Positions 33,163 to 43,763 of a DNA stretch of 64,000 bases are shown in pieces. This DNA is from Thermoanaerobaculia bacterium. GTDB lineage: Bacteria > Acidobacteriota > Thermoanaerobaculia > Multivoradales > JAGPDF01. The translations under genes were made by a program, and so were the position numbers. Where the stretch lies: contig CAWBFZ010000011.1 of assembly GCA_963788175.1 (NCBI GenBank), forward strand, positions 6,231 to 70,230, given 5' to 3'. Under the pieces are notes generated by a model. That model made no database searches. It worked only from the letters and a program-made list of their open reading frames with translations, and had not been told where the DNA came from. Each line of letters starts with the position of its first letter. Positions within the stretch are counted from its first letter, which is position 1.

Positions 33163-34690
33163 GGTCTGCGGGTTCGAGCCGTCGCCTGCCGCGCCGCAGC
33201 CTGCGGCCGTCGAGATCCGGTCGCCCAGGACTCCAGCTTCCGGTAGTCCGCGATGAGCCTGCTCGATGCGCCGCTGGCGAGCTCGACGGCCTGGACCGGA
33301 GCTCCGCCGGTGCCGAGTCCGAGCGCGACCGGAACCGGCCAGGGCCGTGCGAGGCCGGCCGCGAGCTCGCGGATCTCCAGCCCGGGCGCGGGCGGCGCAC
33401 GGCGGCGCCCAGATCGGCCTCGCGCGCGAGGTCGGCCGCGAGGCACGGGCACGACGCCGAGCGCGCGCGCAGAGCGCCTCGTAGAGCGCGCCGCCGTGCG
33501 GCAGGTCCGGGATCGGCCGGTCCGCGCATTTCGATGCAGGCGAAGCACGTTGCGCAGGATCCACCAGGAGACCGGCACGCCGGAGCGCGCCCGCCACTCG
33601 AGATCGAAGAGGTGGAAGACTCCCGTGCTCGTCACGCGTGGCGTTGCTCAGCGATGGCGTCGAGCGCTTCCCCTGCGAGGTCTCGCCGCGCGGCCGAATC
33701 GTGCCCGGATCGAAGTCGAAGAAGCTGGCGAGCTCGTCCAGGAAGGCGCTCGCTCCGGCCCGCGATGAGGTGCTCCTCCAGCCGCAGGCGAAGCGGATTC
33801 TCCGGGAGCGAGCGGCGCGACTCCGGCTGCGGCATCCAGGAGAACTCTCCCGGCTCGGGCAGACGCGCCGTCGTCGAGCCGGCGTTTGCTGACCGAGATC
33901 CGGCCGGCGTCGCCCGCCGAGCTCGAAGACGGTCGCGATCGGCTCCCGACGTCCCGCGGCGATAGTGCCAGCCGACCTCCGGCGCCGGGGGCGCAGGCGC
34001 GACCAGATCTCGATCCGGCGAACAGGCGCCGATCGGCCGAGGCCGCGACGAGGAAGTGATTCGCGAACTCCGCGAAGAGCCCGCCGTGCGCGAGCTCCCG
34101 GACGACGAGCGCCTCCGGGAAGAGGTCGAGACGCGGGCGAGACGGCGGTCGGCCGACGGCCGTGGACGAGGCCAGCTCGGCGGCGAGCTCGGGCGCCGCG
34201 GCGACCAGCCGCTCCGAGACCAGCGTCCCGATCGCGCCGGCTCGCCCTCGTCGGGCACGGCGAGGAACCACTCGAGAACCGCGAAGAGCCGGCGCGGGCG
34301 AGCGCCTCCGAGAGCTCGTGCCGCGACACGAAGCGCGGGCGCTCCACGGCGGAGCGGGCGTGCGGCGGCGCTCCGCGCCGGCAAGCGTCGTGAAGAGCCG
34401 GCCCGGTCCAGGGCTCGGGGCAGCCCGACCAGAAGCGCAGTCCGAAGCGATTGGGCACGGCCGAGGAGCAGGACGCCGTCGCGGCCGATCCGGTGCTCCG
34501 GCGCGGCCAGCGTCGCGTCGAGCGTGCCGCGTCGACGTGCCGTCGAAGTCGAGCGCCAACAGGACATCGCAGCCCCTGCCGCCGGTACTGCCGCCGCCGG
34601 GCGCGGTCCACGCTCGCCTGCCCGACCTCGAGCCCGTCGAAGCGGAACGGTCGGAGCAGCGACGTCGCCCGCCGGGTTGCCTGTCCTGGT
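33159..34690 (-). CDS. methyltransferase-like protein with extended C-terminal region; very heavily frame-disrupted, assignment tentative
   Basis: Protein-like fragments in all three minus frames (GVLLL-VPNRFGLRFWSGCPEPWTG, RFVSRHELSEALARAG, FAVLEWFLAVPDEGEP, LFPEALVVRELAHGGLFAEFANHFLVAAS, FLDELASFFDFDPG, VFHLFDLEWRARSGVPVSWWILRNVLRLH). The VPNRFGL...W motif recalls class I SAM-MTase proteins of glycan loci. No clear SAM motif I is seen after ATG at 34690. Confidence 0.3.
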
Positions 34691-34812
34691 CAGGTCGAGT
34701 CATCGGAAGCCGGTCAGAAAAAGTAGCACATCCGGGCGCTCGTGCGCGGGGCCGAGTGGTAGCTTCTTCGCCGGGGTCGCAGAGGTCCGTTTCGACGGTC
34801 AGGGAGGTTCGA

Positions 34813-36296
34813 ATGCGCGACGAGCTCTTCATCGACGGCGAGTGGCAGACACCGGCGGCGGGCGGGACGTTCGAAGTCGAGAATCCGGCCACCGGCGAGC
34901 TCCTGCATCGCGCGCCGGCGGGGACGGCGCCGGATGTCGATCGCGCCGTGCGTCGCCGCCCGGCAGGGCCTTCGAGGGCGGCTGGGGGGCGACGAGCGGC
35001 GCCCACCGCGGCGGCCTTCCTGCGCGCCATCGCGGACCGGATCTCCGCCCGCCGCGAGGAGCTCGCGCGGCTCGAGGTCCTCGACAACGGCAAGCCGCTG
35101 CCGGAGGCGCTCTGGGACATCGACGACGCCGCCGGCTGCTTCTCGATGTACGCCGATCTCGCCGAGGAGCTCGACGGCCGGCAGGAGAGGCCCTTGCCGC
35201 TCCCCGACGCGCGCTTCTCGTCGCAGGTCCGCCTCGAGCCGGTGGGCGTCGCCGGCCAGATCATCCCCTGGAACTACCCGCTCCTCATGGCGGCCTGGAA
35301 GGTCGCTCCGGCGCTCGCGGCGGGCGCCACCGTGGTGCTGAAGCCGTCCGAGCTCACGCCGCTCACCGCCCTCGAGCTGGCGGCGATCGCCGAGGAGGTC
35401 GGCCTGCCGCCGGGCGTGCTCAATGTCGTCTCCGGGACGGGCCGCGAGGCCGGCGAGCCGCTCGCCCTGCACCCGCTAGGTCGACAAGCTCGCCTTCACC
35501 GGCTCGGTGCCGACCGGCCGGCGCGTGATGATGGCGGCGGCGCAGGAGATCAAGAACGTCTCGCTCGAGCTCGGCGGCAAGTCGCCGTTCATCGTCTTCG
35601 CCGACGCCGACGTCGAGGCGGCGGTCGAGTGGGTGATGTTCGGCATCTTCTGGAACCAGGGCCAGGTCTGCAGCGCGACCTCGCGGCTGCTGGTCGAGGA
35701 GCGCCTCGCGCCGCGTCTGCTCGATCGGCTCTGCGAGGCGGCGAAGAAGATCCCGATCGGCGACGGGCTCGCCGCCGGGCACGCTCCTCGGGCCCGCTGG
35801 TGTCGCGCGGCCAGCACGAGAAGGTCCTCGGCTTCATCGACCGGGCGCGCGCCGAGAAGCTCACGCTGCGTGACCGGCGGCGGCCGCCCGCCGGGACTCG
35901 AACGCGGCTATTTCCTCGAGCCGACGATCTTCGCCGATGTGCCGGTCGAGTCGGAGCTTTGGCGGGAGGAGGTCTTCGGGCCGGTGCTCGCCGTGCGCAC
36001 CTTCCGCGACGAGGAGGAGGCGGTGCGGCTCGCCAACGACACGCCGGTTCGGACTCGCCGCGGCGGTCATGTCCGCCGACCTCGAGCGCTGCCGCCGGGT
36101 CGCCCGGCGATTCCGCGCCGGCATCGTCTGGATCAACTGCTCGCAGCCGACCTTCAGCCAGGCGCCGTGGGGCGGCATGAAGCAGAGCGGCATCGGCCGC
36201 GAGCTCGGGCGTTGGGGCCTGGCGAACTACCTCGAGGTCAAGCAGATGACGACCTACGAGTCGCGCGAGCCCTGGGGCTGGTACCTCAGGCCGTAG
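34813..36296 (+). CDS. NAD(P)-dependent aldehyde dehydrogenase (betaine-aldehyde dehydrogenase-like); about 7 frame breaks
   Basis: SD AGGGAGG plus ATG at 34813 [29 protein letters not shown]. Then [34 protein letters not shown]; [21 protein letters not shown]...[11 protein letters not shown]...[16 protein letters not shown]; [10 protein letters not shown]; GLAAAVMS...WINC...[15 protein letters not shown]...PWGWY-type end. Pieces are in ORFs 34162.., 35507.. and 35937..36296. Confidence 0.75.
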
Positions 36297-36302
36297 CCCG
36301 GT

Positions 36303-39300
36303 TCAGCCCTTGACCGGCAGTGCCCGGCCGATCGCTGGCGCGCCCGCGGAGCGCAGCTTGCGCTCGAGGGCTGGCAGCTCCCTGGCGCGGATGGCGGTCC
36401 AGGCTCGCTCGACGGCATCGACGAGCGGGCGGGTGGCGGCCAGCCCTTGGCGGGCGTCGGGCGACGGTGCGGCGTCGGCGCCGTCGACCGCTTCGGCGAG
36501 GTTGGCGAGCTGGCCGGCGGCAAACTGGACGCTCGCGCGCTCGCGCGCCCCGAGCCACCAGGCGTTCGCGGGCGAGCCCGCCGGCGCCTTGCCGGCGAGG
36601 ATCAGCAACCGGTCGCGTAGAGCAGTGAGCTCACCCGCCAGGCGCCCGTTCCGAGCCCTCCGATCGCCGCCGGCAAGCGTCTGCAGCGTCGTCGCCAGCC
36701 CCTTGAGCACCTGATCGATCTCCTCCCCGACTCCTGCCAGCCGTGCGCGCTCGCCATCGATCTCCCGCGCCAGCGCAAACTGCGCGCGATAGGCCTCGGG
36801 GGGAGCGTCACGCGCGGATCGGCTGCGACCGTGAGGGACTGCGCGAACCGCGCGCCATCGATCACGAGCTCAACGCGATACTCCGCTGGCGGCGCCCAGA
36901 CGCCGTCGGCGAACGGGTCGCCGGTCGCGAGCGCGGCCGGCCGCGGAAGCCGGATCGGCCAGTAGAAGCGATGGAAGCCGGGAGTCGCCTCGAGCGTCGA
37001 GGGTACCGGCACCCACTCCGGCGCCGAGCCGATCTTGCCGAGATCGACGGGCTTCGGACGGTCGGCGCTCGAATAGCGCCGCACCAGCTCGCCCCGTTCG
37101 TCGCGCACCTCGAGCTCGACCGGCTGCACGGCGGCGCGCGGCAGAAAATAGTCGATCGCCGCTCCGAACGGCGGGTTCTTCGCCCCCGGTTCCTCGGCCG
37201 GGAAGGGCGTGCCGGTGAAACCGGCGGGCCGCAGGCGGATGGCCGCGGCCGGCGCGAACAGCCGGGCAGCCGCGGGTCGCGCGGCCTCGCCCGCCGGGTC
37301 GACCTGGCGCAGGGGAGTGAGGTTGTCGAGAACCCAGAAGGCGCGGCCGTGCGTCGCGATGACGAGATCGTCGCCGTGCACCTCGAGATCGCGCACCGAG
37401 GTCACCGGCAGGCCGGTCTGCAGCGGACGCCAGTGGTCGCCGTCGTCGAAGGAGACGTAGACGCCGCGCTCGCTGCCGGCGTAGAGCAGCCCGGGCCGCT
37501 GCGGATCCTCGCGCACGCAGTTGACGAAGCTGCCGTGGGGAATGCCGGCGGCGACGAGCTTTCCAGCTGCTGCCGCCGTCGTGGGTGCGGAAGATGTAAG
37601 GGGCGAAGTCGTCGAGCCGGTGGCGGTCGACGGCGACATAGGCGGTCTCGCGGTCGTGATGGGACGGCTCGACGCTGCCGATCTTGGACCAGCCGGTGAG
37701 CGTCGGCGGGGTGAGGTTCTGCCAGTGTCCGCCGTCGTCGAGCGTCCGCCAGACGAAGCCGTCGTCGGTGCCGACCCAGATCTCGCCGTCGGCGAGCCGC
37801 GACGGACCGATGGTGAAGATGACGCCGCGGCGGGGTCCGATCTGCAGATGATGCGCCGCCGTCGGGGGATCGAGGTTCGCGGGCGTCCCCGGGTCCTCGC
37901 GCGTCAGGTCGGGGCTGATGGGCGTCCAGTGCTCGCCGCCGTCGACGGTGCGGAAGAGGCGCTGGTTGGCGAAGTACAGGGTGCGCGGATCGCGGTGCGA
38001 GAAGACCAGGGGCATCGTCCAGACGCTGCGGTAGTGGTCGGGAAGCCCCAGGGTCGGGTCGACCGAGCGCGTCTGCATGGTTCGCAGGTCGAGCTTGTCG
38101 ACCCGGCCGCCGTAGAGAATCTGCGGATCGAGCGGATCGGGGGCGATGTTGTCGCTTTCGCCGCCGGCGGTCGACTCGCGGAAGTGGGTGAGATTGATGC
38201 CGTCGCGCTGCGTCGTGCGGCTCGGGACGCCGGCCGCTCCGGAGTCCTGCTGCGAACCGTACACCCAGTAGGGGAACTGGTTGTCGGTCGAAACGGTGTA
38301 GAACTGGCCGGTCGGCTGGTTGAGCCAGGAGCTCCAGGTCGCGCCGTCGTTGAGCGTCACGATCGCCCCCTGGTCGACGCCGAGGATCTGGCGCGCCGGG
38401 TCGGCGTCGTCGATCCACATCTCGTGGAAATCGTCGCCGGTGGGGTCGCCCCTGGTCGGGACGAACGACTTGCCGCCGTCGCGCGACTCGAACATCGCGG
38501 TGTTGAGCGCGTAGAGATGATCGGCGTCGCGCGGGTCCACCTTGATACCGCCGAAGTACCAGCCGCGCCCCCAGATGCGCGGATCGGAGCTGGCGTGCTT
38601 CCAGTTGAGGCCGCCGTCGTCGGAGCGGTAGAGGCCGCCGTTGGCGCCGTCGCCGGTGCCGTCGACGATGGCGTAGACGCGCTGCGGCGCGGTGCGGCCG
38701 AGGGCGAGGCCGATGCGTCCGGGCGCGTCGGGGAAGCCGTAGCCGGTGAGCGCTCGCCAATGCTCGCCGCCGTCGACCGACTTCCACAGCCCGGTGCCCG
38801 GGCCGGTCGAGGGCGGATAGATGTTCCACGGCGTGCGGCGCGTCTGCCAGAGGGCGGCGTAGATCACGTCCGGATTGCCGGGCTCGAAGGCGAGGTCGAT
38901 CGCGCCGGTGTTCTCGTCGTTGCCGAGGAGCTTCCGCCAACTCCTGCCGCCGTCCCGCGAGGCGAAGACGCCACGCTCGGCGTTCGGGCCGTAGGGATGG
39001 CCGAGCGCCGCGACATAGACGCGGTCGGGGTCCCCGGGATGGACCAGGATGCGCGCAATCTGCTGGCTGTCGGCGAGACCGCTGAAGCTCCAGCTCCGGC
39101 CGCCGTCGGACGACTTGTAGAGCCCTTCGCCCTGCGAGATGTCGGAGCGCATATCGGCCTCGCCGGTGCCGACGTAGATCACCTGCGGATTCGACGGCGC
39201 GAGGGCGATCGCGCCGATCGCGGCCACGGGCTGGTCGTCGAAGATCGGCTTCCAGGTGCGGCCGGCGTCGGTGCGTCTCCCAGACGCCACCGTTGACGCT

Positions 39301-39540
39301 GCCGAAGTAGAAGTGCTCGCGCTCGCCGGGGACGCCGGCGACCGCGAGGACGCGGCCGCCGCGGAACGGGCCGATGAGCCGCCAGGGGAGGCCGGCGATG
39401 ACCGCGTCAGCTTCGTCCCGCGGCGCCGGTCGGTCGGCCGGTGCCGCGGTCGCCGCGGTGGCGAGAAAAAGGACCAGTAAAGGGAGGATGGCGGCGATTC
39501 GGAGCTTCGGTCGGTCTCCGGAACGAGCGGCGGTTCGCAC
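36303..39540 (-). CDS. secreted BNR/Asp-box repeat, sortilin-VPS10-like glycosyl-hydrolase-fold protein; about 3 frame breaks
   Basis: GTG at 39540 plus signal MRTAARSGDRPKLRIAAILPLLVLFLATAATAAP. Main body is ORF 36870..39290 with repeated S-x-D-G-G-x-(S/T/H)-W boxes (SSDGGRSW, SRDGGRSW, SVDGGEHW, SDDGGLNW, TVDGGEHW, LDDGGHW, THDGGSSW). It continues in 36602..37639 and 36303..36710. Confidence 0.75.
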
Positions 39541-40877
39541 GGTGATCGTGGGTTTCAACGCCTCGAAGACCTCGTCGATCAGGTGAAGGTGGCGGTCGAG
39601 GATGGCGAAGCCCTCGCGCAGCTCGGCCTCGGTGATGCAGAGCGGCGGGTTGGTCATGAAGGTGTTCCAGCGGCAGACCGTGTAGAGGCCGGCGTCGAGC
39701 AGCGCGCGGTTGAACTTCGCCATCGCCGGGTGGCTGCCGTTGTAGGGGGCGAGCGGCGTGCCCTGCGCGTCCTTGCGCAGCTCGACGATGCCGAAGAGGC
39801 CGATGTTCCGGTGCGCGAGCACGGACGGATGCCGGCGCGCGAGATTCTCCATCTCCTCCGCGCATGACCGGCTCGAGACGGGCGGCATTCTCGACCATGC
39901 CCTTCGCCGAGCATCACCTCGAGCACCGCCTCGGCGACCGCGAGGCAGAACGGGTGGGCGTTGTAGGTCAGGCCGCCGTAGAAGACGTTCGTCCTGAAGT
40001 ACTCGGCGATCGGCGTCGAGACCGCCATCGCGCCGAGCGGCACGTACGAGGAGGTGAGTCCCTTCGCCATGGTCACGATGTCGGGCTGGATGCCGTCGTG
40101 CTCGAAGGCGAACAGCTTCCCCGTCCGTCCGAGACCGGCCATCACCTCGTCGCAGATCAGCAGGATGCCGTGTCGCGAGAGCAGCTTGCGCAGGCCCTGC
40201 ATGTAGCCGGGCGGCGGGATGAGGATGCCGTTCGTGCCGGTCACGCTCTCGACGATCATCGCCGCGATGGTGTGCGGGCCTTCGTAGTCGATGACCTCCT
40301 CGAGGTAGGTCAGGTTGTTGCGGGTGATCGACTCCGGATCGTCGCCGAACGAGTACTTGTAGGGCCACGGATCCATCACCCGCACGACGCCCGGCATGCC
40401 CGGCTCGTTGGCCCAGCGGCGCGGATCGCCGGTCAGCTGCAGCGTGGCGTTGGTGCCGCCGTGGTAGCTGCGGTAGCGCGACAGGATCTTCTGCCGGCCG
40501 GTGAACATCTTCGCGGCCCGGATGGCGTTCTCGTTGGCCTCGGCGCCGCCCAGGGTGTAGAAGAAGACGTCGAGATCGCCGGGAGTGAGCTCGGCGAGCC
40601 GCCGCGACAGGCGCGCCCGCGGCTCGGTCGCGGTGCCCGGGTGGGCGAAGAGGAGGCCGTCGCAGGCCTGCTTCATCGCCGCGACCACCTTCGGGTGCGA
40701 GTGGCCGATGTTGACGCTCATCAACTGGCTGTTGAAGTCGAGGATGCGCTGGCCGTCGGCGGTGTACATGTAGATGCCGGAGGCGCGCACGATCGGCAGC
40801 GGCTGCACCGCGCCGGTCGCCGACCACGAGTACATCGTGTGCTTGAGACAGAGTTCGACGATCTCCTGCCCGTCCAT
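39541..40877 (-). CDS. class III (omega) aminotransferase, beta-alanine/taurine-pyruvate type; 2 frame breaks near 39865-39900; 3' end unresolved
   Basis: SD AAGGAG plus ATG at 40877 MDGQEIVELCLKHTMYSW. Carries FYTLGGAEANENAIR, LICDEVMAGLGRTGKLFAFEH, DIVTMAKGLTSSY (PLP Lys) in ORF 39654..41978. The tail NIGLFGIVEL...RWNTFMTNPPLCITEAELREGF is in ORF 37402..40827. No in-frame stop occurs before the next gene's start. Confidence 0.75.
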
Positions 40878-40924
40878 CGCTCTCCTTTGCGCTCCGGCGA
40901 GCCGCTTCGAGCCCGTCCGGCGCG

Positions 40925-42459
40925 TCAGCTCATCCAGTTGCTGTCGCGCTGCAGCGCCCACTTGGTGGTGATCTTGCGCTGCCGCGTCCAGAAGCGGTAG
41001 CCGTCCCAGCCGGTGATGTTGCCGTGCCCGAAACAGGAGTCGTTCCAGCCGCCGAAGCCGAACGGCTCGCGCGGCACCGGCACGCCGACGTTGACGCCGC
41101 ACATGCCGGCCTCCGCCGACGCCATGACGCGGCGGGCGACGTCGCCCGAGGTGGTGTAGACGGTGGCGGCGTTGCCGTAGGGGTTGGCGCTTTCGATGCG
41201 CAGCGCCGCGTCGAGGGTGGGCACCCGAACGATGGAGAGCACCGGGCCGAAGATCTCCTCGCAGCCGGCCTCCGAGGCCGGGTCGACGGCGTCGAGGATC
41301 GTCGGGCCCGACCCACCAGCCGGCGCCCGGGGCCGCGTCTCCCGGCTTCTCCGCGGCCTCGGGCAGCCGGCCGCGTCCGTCGACGAGCACCCGCGCGCCG
41401 CTCGCCTCGGCGTTCGCGATGGCGCGCGTGATGCGCTCCGCGGCGGCGGCGGTCGCGACCGGCCCCATCTCGCTGCCGAGACGGAGGCCGGCGGCGCGCG
41501 CCACGATGCGTTCGAGGAGCGGATCGATCTCTTCCGGGTCGCCGACGGCGAGCAGCACCGAGGCGGCCATGCAGCGCTGGCCGGCGCAGCCGGTGAACGA
41601 GGCGACGATGTTCTCGACCGCGACGTCCGGGTCGGCGTCCGGCACGAGGATCAGGTGGTTCTTCGCTCCGCCGAGGCAGAGCGCGCGCTTGCCGGCGGCG
41701 CAGGCGCGCGCGTAGACCGCGCGCGCCACCCGGGTCGAGCCGACGAAGCCCAGGGCCTCGATCCCGGGGTGATCGCAGAGCGCCTCGACGACCTCCTGGC
41801 CGCCCTGGACGAGCGCGAAGATCCCCGGCGGCAGCCCCGCCTCGGCGAAGATCTCGGCCAGGCGCATCGTGGAGAGCGGCACGCGCTCGGAAGGCTTGAG
41901 GATGAAGGCGTTGCCGCCGACCAGCGCCTGCGGCAGCATCCACATCGGCACCATGAGCGGGAAGTTGAACGGCACCACGCCGGCGACGACGCCGAGCGGC
42001 TCGTAGATCAGGCTCGCAGGTGACGCCGCGGCTGACCTCGAGCTCGCTGCCGGTCGCGAGGTTCGGCAGCGAGCAGCCGTACTCGAGGCACTCGATCGCC
42101 TTCAGCACCTCGGCCTCGGCCTCGCTGTAGATCTTGCCGTTCTCGTGCGACACCAGCCAGGAGAGCTCGACGAGGTCGCGCAGCAGGAGCTCGCGCGTCC
42201 TGTAGAGGATCTGGGCGCGATCGCGGATCGGCAGATCGCGCCAGGCCGGAAATGCGGCCCGGGCGGCGGCGACGGCGGCTTCGACGTCGGCGGCGCCCGA
42301 GAGCTGCACGGACGACATCGGCCTTCCCCAGCGCGGATTGGGCACCGGCTGCGAGGCCGGCTGGCCGACGGCCTCGCGCCAGGTTCCGCCGATCCAGTTG
42401 CGCGCCGGGACGTACTCGGTGAAGTCATAGGAGGTGGCGGCGAAGCGGGGCAGGGTCAT
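40925..42459 (-). CDS. mmsA: CoA-acylating methylmalonate-semialdehyde dehydrogenase; 2 frame breaks (about 42020 and 41290)
   Basis: ATG at 42459. N-part is in ORF 40930..42459 (NWIGGTW...FPAWRDLPIRDRAQILYR). Middle is in 39654..41978 (FNFPLMVPMWMLPQALVGGNAFILKPSE, CLGGAKNH, FTGCAGQRCMA). C-part is in 40925..41242 (YGNAATVYTTSG, GVNVGVPVPREPFGFGGWNDSCFG). Confidence 0.8.
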
Positions 42460-42500
42460 GGTGGCGAAAGCGTATCAAGCGTCGGGAACGCGGTGGGCAA

Positions 42501-42538
42501 AGAAAAAACCGCCGGTCCCGGGAGCTCCGGGCCGGCGG
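42501..42538 (-). terminator. rho-independent terminator after the M35 peptidase gene
   Basis: Minus-strand reading: CCGCCGGCCCGG-AGCTC-CCGGGACCGGCGG (12 GC-rich bp, one bulged base), followed directly by TTTTTTCTTTG. Lies 24 nt after stop 42562-42564. Confidence 0.75.
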
Positions 42539-42561
42539 TTCGGGTGGCTCGCGTCAGGAGC

Positions 42562-43627
42562 TCAGTTCTGGGACGGCGTGTTCTCGGCGAAGTACTCGTG
42601 GCTGTCGGCGTTGTCGATCGCCTTCTTCGGCGAACGCGTCGCCAGGCTCTTGCAGGCGGTCTGGCCGTAGGCCCAGTCGTCGGTGCCGGCGACGACGTTG
42701 AAGTGCGACATCTCGTGCACCAGGGTGCCGGCCTTCGAGTCGGTGCCGGTGGCCGGGGCCGACCAGAAGGCGTTGCAGACGTAGATCTTGTAGGGCTGGG
42801 TCGGGTAGACGTAGGCGTAGTAGTTGTCGGTGCAGCCGCAGTCGACGACCACCGGCTTGGTCTGGAAGGCGTTCTCGATGGCGATGTAGTGGCTCTTGAC
42901 GGTGTTGAAGCGCGTGCTGTTCTTGGCGCCGAACCAGGTGGTGTAGCGCGGGCCGACCGTCGAGTAGGTCTTGCCGATGAGGTAGTTCTTGGCGCCGGTG
43001 GCATAGGTGGTCGCGTTGCCGACCGCGGTCGTCACGTGCTCTGACTGGCTCGAGGAGCAGTTGGTGGAGGAGAGACCCTGGGGAGCGTCGATGCCGTTGA
43101 TCGCCTCCCAGTCGATCGGCGCGCGCACCGGCGCGTCGCGCCAGACGGCCACCGCGGCGGCGGCCTCGGCCTCCGTCGACGCCGCGAGCTCGGCTCAGGC
43201 GGTTGCCGGCCCGCGAGATCGAGGCGGTAGGAGACGAGGTACTCGCCGCCGCTCGCCATGTCGTAGTGGCGGGTGAGCTCGGTGCGGCCGGTGAGCGACT
43301 TGCCCGGGGCCGATGGCGACGTAGTCCGCCGGCGTCGGCGCCGGACGCTTGACCAGGATGCCGAGGTAGTCGACCGGCTGGCCGTCGCGCGTCACGTTGA
43401 AGAGGTCGGCTTCGAGGCGCGCGCCCGGGACCTGCCAGCGCGGCACCACCATCGTGCGGGCGCTGTCGTTGGTGATCGTGACCGCGGCGACGACGTCGTC
43501 GTCTGATCGCGAGCCAGGCGCGATCGACTTCGAGGGTGGCACGCAGGCCGGCGGCCGAAACCGCTCCGGCTGCGACGGCGGACAGCACGAGCGCGAACAG
43601 GACGATGAGGCGGCGGCTTCGCATCAT
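42562..43627 (-). CDS. secreted M35/aspzincin (peptidyl-Lys metalloendopeptidase-like) preproenzyme; at least 3 frame breaks in the pro-region
   Basis: SD GGGAGGAAG plus ATG at 43627 MMRSRRLIVLFALVLSAVAAGAVSA. Pro-region pieces are in ORFs 43195..43542 and 43032..43259. The catalytic domain is intact in ORF 42562..43152 with HEMSH and GTDDWAYG (Asp-zincin signature) and several Cys pairs. Confidence 0.75.
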
Positions 43628-43763
43628 GGATCTTCCTCCCTGAGAGTTTGGGCGCTCGCCGCTGCACTGCGGCGCATGCAGCGGCCAGCACCCGACAAAT
43701 CCGGAAACCCGGTTCTTGATTTTGCTGAGAAAGGAGGATTCTGGGACGCTTCGGCCGGCGAAG

